DNA of 64,000 nt. Source: Mobula birostris (Eukaryota). Of the stretch, positions 36,045-45,768 are shown piece by piece. The notes beneath the pieces are model-generated. The model was not told where the DNA came from, ran no database searches, and saw only the letters and a list, made by a program, of their open reading frames with translations. The stretch covers positions 69,488,935 through 69,552,934 of the forward strand of contig NC_092376.1 of the NCBI RefSeq assembly GCF_030028105.1, written 5' to 3'. Each line of letters starts with the position of its first letter. Position 1 is the stretch's first letter. A program made the translations under genes and the position numbers.

Positions 36045-37446
36045 CACTGGACAACAATTTTTTCTGAAAATGTTGCTTCCTCAGAAATGTTTTTGATTAT
36101 GATAGACGGCTTGAAGTTGAACACAAATAGAATTTCAGACTATTAGTATCACGTAGGAATTTGGAGAAACAGGAAATTAACTTTATTGAATAAAATTTGT
36201 TTAATTACATAATGGTGCTGATGCTTTGCAATAGTTTGACTAAGCTATAATGGTTTGTTGATAATTTTCATTTGTACTCAGTGTCTGAGGCATCTCGCTT
36301 AAGTGCCCAACAATAATCAGCCAGCATTGATGGATTCTAGTTGCCCTGATACCATTTCTCCATGACTGCAATATCCTGGTGAGACCTTTCACCATGCTTT
36401 TCACTGACAGCACCAAGATTTACAGGGAAGAAGTCTAAATGGGAATGCAGAAAATGAATCTTTAGTGACATGTTGCACTTCATGGTTTTGTATGCCCGAA
36501 GCACGTTGTCAAATAGCTGTATGTAGTTTGCTGCTCTGTAGTTGCCAATAACCTTCTCAACAACATCCTTGAATGCCTTCCGTGCGATTTTCTCCAGTCC
36601 CACTAGAAGTTCGTTGAATTGCCTGATATTGATGACCTGTTTGATTTGTGGACCACCAAAAATGCTTTCCTTAATCTTGGAATCAGTACTTCTGGGAAAC
36701 ATCTGTCTCAAATATCGAAATCCTTCACCATTCTTGTTCATCACATTCATAAAATTTTTCATAAGCCCCAGTTTTATATGAAGAGGAGGCAAAAATATCT
36801 TTGATGGGTCCACGAGTGGCTCATGTGCCACACTTTTCTGCCCTGGAATTAACTGCTTATGGAGTGAAAAGGAAAGGAAATTGCCTTTTAAATCTTGAGA
36901 GAGCATAGGCCATCAACTTTTTTTGCTGTTGATGTTTCTGTAGCAGGCAATTTCTTCTTTACGAGGTTGAGTTGCTAGCTCAACGCTCAACCCAGCATGG
37001 ATGGAAAGTGTGCCTGGGGAGTCGGCTGGGTTCGAACTTGGGAGCCTTTGTTCCAAGGTCCGGCACTGATACCACAATGCCACCATGCCACCAGCCGGAA
37101 TGACCAATCCTTTTTAATGTAATGAGGTTCTTTAGCATGGTTGCCCCATTCACAAATGATACAACGGTACTTGGTGTATCCAAGCTACATTCCTAGCAGC
37201 ATCCTTTCTAAATCTGCCCTGTCTAAGCATGCCCAGGCATGCCTGGACAAGATAGAAAACTTTTCAGCTTACATTTAGGCAACATTTTAATTGACTTGAA
37301 TTATGAATTGAAATAACAAATATAGGCAATTTCAAAAAAAATTGTGCGTGATAGGGAAATTTCATGGCGATTTTCATGATTTGCAGCCCAAAGTCCATAA
37401 GATACACCCGAAAGCATTCAGGAAGCAAAGTCTTTGTTGTCCAGTG
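36045..37446 (-). mobile_element. Chapaev3-like DNA transposon (Transib/RAG1-like core), internally deleted
   Basis: Perfect 13-bp TIR CACTGGACAACAA. 3-bp TSD TAA, whose removal restores integrase DNGP. Transposase motifs GYTKYRCIICEW (~37140-37185), LPPLHIKLGLMKNF, MSLKIHFLHSHLDFFP, SEKHGERSHQDI (ORF 36337-36906). Confidence 0.85.
36918..37098 (-). mobile_element. tRNA-derived SINE inserted in the Chapaev3-like transposase
   Basis: Minus strand CCGGCTGGTGGCATGGTGG (A-box-like), B-box GTTCGAACCC, A-rich tail. Confidence 0.75.
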
Positions 37447-37484
37447 TAATGGACCACATTTTGTTGCAGAACAGTTTCAATCAT

Positions 37485-38122
37485 AAAGATGAGAAAGTCT
37501 GCAGATGTTGGAAATCCAAAGCAATACATACAAATCGCCGGAGGTACTCAGCAGGCCAGGCGGCATCGATGGAAAAGAAAAAACAGTCGATGAGACTACC
37601 CTTCAGCACTGAGAAGGAAGGGGGATGATACCACTGTAAAAGGGTGGGGGAAGGGCAAAGAGGCTAACTGGAAGGTAGTAAGTGAAGCCAAGTGGATGGG
37701 AAAGGTCAAGAGCTGGAGAGGAAGGAATCTGAAAGGAAAGAAGAGTGGACCATAGGAAAAAGGGAAGGAGGAGGGGTCCTGGGAGAAGTAATAAGCAAGT
37801 CAGAAGAAGTAAAGGGTCAGAATGGGGAATAGAAGAAGGGAGGTGGAATATGTTCACCAAAAGGAGAAATCGATATTCATGTCAGGTTGGAGGCTATCCA
37901 GGTGAAATATAAGGTATTGCTCCACCACCCTGAGGATGGCCTCATCTTGGCACAAGAGGAGGCCATGGATTGACATGTCAGAATGGCACTGGGAATCAGA
38001 ATTAAAATTTTTGGCCACAGGGAAGTCCTGCTTGTGGCGGATGGTGTGAAGTGTTTGACGAAGTGGTTTTAATTTACAATGGGTCTCACCAATGTAGAGC
38101 AGGCTGCCTCAGGAGCACTGTA
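37485..38122 (-). mobile_element. Penelope-like element 3' fragment (GIY-YIG remnant) in the integrase of A
   Basis: Minus translation CS*GSLLYIGETHCKL at ~38070-38120. 8-bp TSD TCAATCAT at 37477-84 and 38123-30. Confidence 0.85.
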
Positions 38123-38883
38123 TCAATCATTCCTGAAAATAAATGGAATAAGACATATTACATTTGCACCATACCACAATACAAATAACTTGGGGGAAAG
38201 GTTTTCTAGAGTCTAAAGAATGCACTGCGAACAATGTCAGCAGAACCCACTACACTGACACTGAATCAGAAGCTCGTCAATTTCCTCCTTGCATATGATA
38301 ATGCAGTGCACTCCACAAACATCAACTCACCAGCTATGCTGCTCCTGGGTCGTCCCTTGCCTTGACACCTGGTTCTCCTCAAACCCAATCTCAGAAGGAT
38401 TACACAGGACAAAGAGCTGAGGCAGGTTGAGGGATCCTCAAACAAGGGGGTTCAATATTTCACTCCTAGACAAGCATTCCTGCCGAGGGACTACAGAGGT
38501 GATCAAAAGTGGGTACTTGCAAAATTTAGGGATTTAACTGGACGACTTCTGCACAGTCATCTAGAGACAACATATTGATCAGTTAAGGAGAGCAGAGTCA
38601 ATTGTTAGAGAAGAAAGGTGCCCAGAGCTGTCAGGACCTCTTCCTGCAGTACTAGTCAGCTCCTACAACTGCCACGAAGGAGGTCCTGAAACCTGAGATT
38701 GTTTCACAGCCACAAGTCTCAACTGTCAAGCAGAGTGACCCCCTACCCTTGTCAGGAAAGACATCATCCCACACGAGTAAGGAATACTCCACAGTGATTA
38801 AATCTTTAGACCAGAAGGGGACAATTTAAAATTTACTATGCTATGGATGCATATATAGTAGTGATTATTTAGTATACTCTATG

Positions 38884-41320
38884 CCACTCTTCTTGTCATA
38901 AGGTTGCAAATCCGATTCTTATTAAATCTTTCCCATCTTACCTATACCCTCTAGTTCTTGATAGTTCTGAGAAAAAGACTGAGTTTATTCACCCTATTTA
39001 TGCCCCGTTAGACTCCGACGCTCAATCCCACAAGTCCTGTCAATATTATTGTAAATCTTTTCTGTGCCCTTCACAGTTTAGTAATATCTTCCCAATAGGA
39101 GGATGAGTAAAACTGAACACACTACTCCCAGTGCAGATTCACTACCTGCCATTCTTTGACCCTCTTACTGAGCTGATCACAATTCCTTGGAATTTTTTTA
39201 TAACCTTCTTCATTAACCACTAAATCACCTATTTTAGTGTCACCTGCAAACTTACTAACCATGCCTTGTACATCTTCATCTAAATCATTGATATACAGCA
39301 GATAACAAATAGTAATGGGTCTAGTACTGAAGCATAACACTATTCAAAGTCCTCCAGATCAAGAAACAACCTTCCACCATCATCCTCTGTTTTCTCCCTA
39401 CGAGGTGATTGTGCATCTAATTAGCCAACTCTCCCTGGATTCCATGTAATCTAACCTTCTAAAGCAATCTACCATGTGATTACCTCCATATCTTTTAAGG
39501 CATCTAGCACCTCCTCTACTGTAATGCAGACTATCCCCAAGATCTCATTCCAAAATCTTCATGTTTTTCTTCACAGTGAAAATCAGAAAAGAAATGTTCA
39601 TTACGGACTTTGTCCATCTCCTGAGGCACCATACAAAGATGTCCCCTTTGGTCTTTGTCCTCTTTTCTCTCTAGTCACTCTTTTTCCATTGATATACTTA
39701 CAAAATCACTTTGGGTTTTCCATAATATTCTCTTCTAGAGAGAATAGCGGGAGGAGAAGATGGCGGTGTGATGCAGCTCGCAGCGGCCATTCTGGTGGTG
39801 ATGTCTGTTATCTGTCAAGTAGGGTGCCATGCACAATTCTGACTTGATGGTGACAGATGTGAGCGCACGGAGGAACATCTGGTAAAACTTCTGAAATGCC
39901 TGTTTCGCTGCTGCTGTTACTGTGTGATCCAGAACCTCCGGAGGGGAAGGCCCCGAGTCCTCGGCTTTGCTTGTTGCTCGGCAGCCGGGGCAGGGTCGAA
40001 GCGCTCAGCAGAGATGGTGCTCAGTGTCGGAGGGCTGGACGGAGGCTCAAAGTTTTCGGACGGACTCAGAGTCCGCTGCGGTGGGGTGCTTCCAGTGGTG
40101 CTGCATCGGCAAGTTTGCGGCGCTTGGAGGTTCATGGCAGGGAGAGTTTCTCCCTTCTGCCACCTGCGTGAGATGATGAGGCTATCAGAACTTTGAGACT
40201 TTTTTTTACTGTGCCCATGGACTGCTCTTTATCAAATTACAGTATTGCTTTGCACTGTTGTAACTATATGTTATAATTATGTGGTTTTGCCAGTTTTAGT
40301 CTTGGTTTGTCTTGTGTTTCTTGTGATATCATTCTGGAGGAACATTGTATCATTATTTAATGCATGCATTTCTAAATGACAATAAACGAGGACTTAGTGT
40401 CCTCATAATCTAATCTAAAGCTATCTCATGCCACCTTTGTGCCCTCCTGATTTCCATCATTCCCTGTACTCCTCCAGGATTCACTTGATCCTGACTGCCT
40501 GTACCTGACTCACACCTTATTTTCCTGGCCAGAGCCTCACTATTCTTCACCATCCAGGGTTCTCTCCCCCTGCCAGCCTTTCCTTCACTCTAACAGAACA
40601 TGCAGACCACAAACTCTATCTAACCTTTAAAGGCCTCCCACTTGCCTGTGGCACCTTAGCCTGCAAACAACTTACCCCAGTCAACATCTGCAAGCTCCTG
40701 TTTCATACCTTCTAAATTAGCTTTGTCTAAATTTAGATTCTGAACCAGTTCTACCCCTTTCCATAACTAGTTTAAAACTAATAGAACTATGGTCACTTGT
40801 CCCAAAGTGCTTCTGCACTGTCTCCTCAATCACCGGCCCTGCTCTAATATTCAAGAGTAGGTTGAAATGTGCCCTCTTCCTAGGAGGGCCCTCTCTGCAT
40901 TGCCCAAGGAAACTTCCCTGAATAGACATAACAAATTCCACTCTACCTAAGGTTTAACAGTATTGCATTTCCTGTTTTGCTAGAAAGTTAAAATCCCCTA
41001 CCATGATAACCCTTTCATTTTGAAAGTCTCCATAAACTCCCTGTTTATTTGTTCCTTTAATTCCCATTGATTACTTGGGGACCTCTATTATGACAATTAG
41101 ATCATTCCTTTCTTATTTCTCAACTCCACCCATTTAGCCTCACTGGATGACCCTTCAGTAGTTTCTTCTTTGACTACTGCTGCTCCTTCTCCTTTTAAAG
41201 TTCTATCTCTCTCCCACCTAAGCACCTATTCTGTGGTAAAGCACCTTTCTGTAACGGCTACGATATCCCAGTCTGACATAGCCAGCCGTACCTTGAGTTC
41301 ATCTGCTTTACCTGTCAAAT
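38884..41320 (-). mobile_element. Decayed CR1 LINE fragments, interrupted at 39738-40416
   Basis: YINDLDEDVQGMVSKFAGDTKIG (39122-39340) and endonuclease remnant HFGTSDHSSISF (40717-40941). Confidence 0.8.
39738..40416 (+). mobile_element. Non-coding, CpG-rich LINE-dependent short element
   Basis: Head GGAGAAGATGGCG. 3' end has AATAAA, hairpin GAGGAC-ttagt-GTCCTC (40388-40404) and a (TAATC)n tail. It interrupts CR1 sequence. Confidence 0.7.
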
Positions 41321-42335
41321 TTTTTCCATTGAAATAAATGAAATAAAAGCAAGCAAGTTATTGTGCACATTACGAGACACTGATGAGGCCATAAGTGGAG
41401 TTCTGTGTCCAATGCTGCAGGAAAGATGAAAAGGTTTTAGAGAGCGTATGGAAGAGATTTAGTAGAATAATTCCTGGAAAGATATTTAACTAAGTTAACA
41501 AGCTGAAGAAACCTGAGTTTTCACTGGAACTGACTTTGAGAGAGTTCCTGCTGGTAATTAAAATTGTAACTGGCAGTCCAAGTAGATAGAGACAAAATAT
41601 GCCCACTAGGTCAAAAATCAAAAGGTGAGAGACAGATCCAGTACAGCTTGAGGAAATGATTTTTGTAGTGAGACTTACAGAAACCAACGACATGAAGTCT
41701 GAATTCTTTGGTACACTGAGCCTGTACAACGATTAAGCATCTATTTGCATTAATAAATGAACATTTTTATTCTATCCACGTTCCTATCCATTCGCCCCAC
41801 TCCTACACACAAAGGCCAGTTCGTATGGTGAATAAACCTACCAGTCCGCATGTCCTTGGGATGTTTGAGGAAACCAAACTACCTAACTTCTGATATGCAG
41901 CACTGAATGTCCAGACTGAGCTGTATCAGCTGTGCCACTGTGCAGGACCTTGAATGCATTTCTGGAAGGTGGGGGAAGGGGGTAGAATGGGGACAGATTA
42001 GATCATATTGTTCCAATTCAAATAACATAAAAGAAGATATATTGTATGACAATGGAGTGAGGCAAGTAGGGAGACTTACTGCATTGTTCTTCTAGAGCCG
42101 GCATGAACTCAGTGGCTTATTGTGCTCTTTCAGTCATTCTGTGATCTCCCAAGAATAAACAAGTCATGAGCAGCCAGCGCTACTTAATGGGAGGATTTTC
42201 TCATGGTCCCTCAACAGCTGCACATTGAGGAAATGTTCTCCCTTCCCACTTGGGAAATGTGAATGGAAACTGCAATGGCTACATGAGTGCAGTCCATGAG
42301 GCTGACCTTGGGAAAAGTCTTCAGTAGTAACAAAT

Positions 42336-42475
42336 GAGTCCTGAAGAAGTGTCTCGGCCCAAAGCATCTTCTGTTTATTCATTTCCATAGATGCTGCCTG
42401 ACCTGCTGAGTTTCTCCAGCAACTTTTGTGTGTTGCTTTGGATTTCCAGCATCTGCAGAATTTTTCATGTTTTTT
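42336..42475 (+). mobile_element. Penelope-like pLTR fragment with a degenerate hammerhead motif
   Basis: gagtcCTGAAGAagtgtctcggccc...gatgctgcctgacctgctgag...ttccagcatctgcaga is the reverse complement of the 37490-37600 block. Confidence 0.75.
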
Positions 42476-45209
42476 TAACAAAGTTTCTTGCCTGGTCTGC
42501 TATCTCTCTGGCTGAAGGAGAAGTAGATAAATTCCCTTCTTCTGGAGCAAAGAGTTTTAGTGATCTCCCTAGTGCAACATTACACAGCAAAAATGGTGAT
42601 CTATGGCATATGCATCAATGACTGCAGCCTGGAATGAGCCAGGCTAGGAAGTTGAGTGACGTTGAGTTTGACTGAAAGCCAATCAAAGACTTTGATTGTA
42701 CATCTAGGCACATGAACAAGCTTGAGTTTGAGGTCTTAGGAGATCATAGACAAGAGTGACTGTTACCTTGTGAATGCTATATAGACATCAGTTTTCTCAA
42801 GTCTAGGTATGTGCATGTAAACTTTGGATGAATTATGTAGTGTGAAATGAGTCTTTTTATGCTACAAATGGTATTGCCACCATGGGTATCTGCGGTACTT
42901 CCAAGACTTGTTTCAGCAACCAGTTGATCCAGGAAGATGAGAGGGAGATCTGGGCTATGACCTTTTGCAGTAAGTTTTGTTTGCAGATTAGTTGATGAAA
43001 ATGTACAAAAAGCTAAGTATTCAAGCAGTGTATTGAGTAAGCCATACGGATGTGGAGTGTCCTATAGCAGTCCGGCAATAAATGTATTTTGATCGACATT
43101 GTCCTTTAAACTACCACTGTTTCAGAACAATTAGTGTTAGTAAAAGGTGGGTGGTGTGGGAATAAAAAGCAACTGCCGTTTGAAGTGAGTGAGTCTGAAA
43201 ATTTTGCTGAAGACTATTTTAGGCATAGTGCTATTGCAGATGTAATTTAAGGGAGCTTTGGGTTGAAGAAAAAAGATTAGAGCAGTTGGCAATCTCAACA
43301 AAAATTGTGTATTCTGTTAAGGGTTGGCTTAGGAGAGGAAGCAAGTTATATCTTCAATGTTTTATATCAATTTATTGAGGAGGTAGATAGAGTGTATAAT
43401 TAGTTGTTTTATGCAAATACCTTAAACTTGATCATTATACAGAGGCTGCACTGGTTCAAAGGGAAACCTACCTTCTTAGATTACATCAGGAAAACATTGT
43501 ATTAAATATTTCTGGCATTGTCCAGACCCAGGAATAAATTTTTAAAGAAGTATGAGATTGTCTAGTTAGCTTAATAAATATATTCTACTACTTTAACTTT
43601 TTATATTGTATAAGCTATAATTTTTCACCTAACAGAAGGCACTGTGCTAAATTTATACCAAACATACAGTAATTTTAAGAGTAATTACACATATTATCCC
43701 CATTATTATTTGGGCAATGAGATTATTGAGACTGCCTCCAGGTCAGGGTAAAAAGAGCTCAGTCAAATGTCACACTTGGCCGTAATGTTCTTATCAACAA
43801 AGCTTTTTGAAGTCTACATTTTAAATTGATGATAAAACACCAAGGAGAAAAATATTTTGTTCCACTGACTAGTGAAATTTTAAAATATTGCCAGTAGTTC
43901 AGGTATATTAACTAATTGCAAGATACACTCTACATTTTAATCAATGCCTGTTTTTTCTCACGTTACAGGCTCTAAGGTAAAGCTTGACAATAACTTCACT
44001 AGTCCTTCAGCTCTTTTTCTTCTGTTACAATTCTCTTTAATAATCACTTGGCTCTAAATCTAAGTTTAAGTGGTTCAGCTAACTTTGACATCACCCTGCT
44101 TAGCAACCACAAATGTTGTTTTTCCTGTTCCCAAAACCATGACCTTTAGTTAATTTTTTTTCTGAGCTCCTTTCGTGCCAGAGTTCTTTGTCTCCACACA
44201 CACATGATTATGATGCTACCTAGCCTCTGCAATACTAATTTATTTCATCATTGTTACTAAGGCACGACGTGCTTTCTTGTTTCAGTACATCATTCTAACA
44301 TTTCTTATTTAACTATGTTATTTTAACTTCAGTATTATCTTGCTATATTTTTGAGAAAGATTAATCAATTCTCTGGTTTGCTGCTGATAATTCGTGCTAA
44401 AGGCTTAATATGATGTTCCACACCAAACAAGTTCAATAAAGGTTCACATTTAGAATTTCAAACTTACCTTACTGCTCATAACATTAAATATACTTAGATA
44501 TTGCATATCCCATGTCCTTTGTGTTTGAGAATATAGAAATAAGGATGAGAGACTGCAGTTTGCTTGTTTTCTAAAGTTAATTCAATAGTTCTCATCAGAT
44601 ATGCGTGATCAAAATACAGAGCTTTTTACTTTGGTTCATTTTGCAAAATATTCAGTTCCATTTATTCGATAACTTCATGTGAGCTGTTGTAAACAACACA
44701 TTTTTTGCAACTGGGGTGTAACTAAAAGAGCCGCAGAAGGCCTCAAGAAAAGAAAAGAAAACCTTGGCAACATTTGTTCTAAATTTCAAGCTTAGCTTTT
44801 GCTGGGATAACAAACAAGAATGGTAGTACAAAAGGGAAGTTTAGAAGCATGAGTTTATTCTGTATTAGCCTAAGCACCAGGAACAGTTTTGTGATAAGTG
44901 GCATGGTGCTTTCATCAAAGTTTATATATGTAATTTTGGATAAATAATTTTGGCATGACTATGTAGAATAGTAATCAAATTTTTCTGAAGATATTAAATC
45001 AGAGGATATGCCATACTGTGAGGAAGAATGCAAGAGACTGTAGCCAGCTTTGTAAAGTCTTTGTTGTATTCTGTGAAGCTGGCTCCTTAAGTGGCTGTTG
45101 CTATTCAGCACAGAGATTTATGATGTACATTTTTGGAAAAAGAAAATTGAAACGCAACACCCACTTGGGAAGATATTTAAAGAAGTGCAATTAGTAAATA
45201 TACAAGTGA

Positions 45210-45768
45210 CTTACAAATCTTTTTGTATCATGGAGAGCATTCTGATAGGCTGCATCACTGTCTGGTATGGAGGGGCTACTGCACAGGATGGAAAGAAGCT
45301 GCAGAAGGTTGTAAATCTAGTCAGCTCCATCCTGGGTACTAGCCTACAAAGTACCCAGGACATCTTCAGGGAGTAGTGTCTCAGAAAGGTAGCGTCCAGT
45401 ATTAAGGACCTCCAGCTCCCAGGGTATGCCCTTTTCTCACTGTTACCATCAGGCAGGAGGTACAGAAGCCTGAAGGCACACACTCAGTGATTCAGAAACA
45501 GCTTCTTCCACTCTACCATCCAATTCCTAAATGGACGTTGAATCTTTGGACACTACCTCACTTTTTTTTAATGTACAGTATTTCTGTTTTTGCACTTTTT
45601 AAAAATCTATTCAATATATGTAATCGATTTACTTGTTTCTTTATTTTTTTATTTTATTTATTATTATTTTTGTTTCTCTGCTAGATTATGTATTGCACTG
45701 AACTGCTGCTGCTAAGTTAACAAATTTCACATCACGTACTGGTGATAATAAACCTGATTCTGATTCTG
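45210..45768 (+). mobile_element. Rex1/Babar-type LINE 3' fragment
   Basis: MESILIGCITVWYGGATAQDGKKLQKVV, LLPSGRRYRSL, then AATAAA and an (ATTCTG)n tail. Confidence 0.88.

Larger units (their letters stand above)
19354..38883 (+). mobile_element. Gypsy-type LTR retrotransposon A (outer host of the nest); decayed, RT absent, 3' LTR not found
   Basis: 5' LTR TG..CA ~19354-20729, then PBS-like GTGGCAATGAGGA. gag MAGYIGKID at 20941 once the MITE is removed. Zinc knuckle CRKCNKVGYIxRVC. Protease KMELGTGLAVSV (22762-23025). RNase H NYAQIGREAL...ADHQPL (~35170-35280). Integrase KWPEVFPITSTT...GVPEHLVGDNGP and C-terminal part 38131-38810. Confidence 0.85.

Noticed and set aside
36337-36906. Possible RAG1 gene or domesticated transposase
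   Set aside because: Bounded by TIRs and a TSD, missing its N-terminus, interrupted by a SINE and ending in a premature stop. It is a dead transposon copy, not RAG1.
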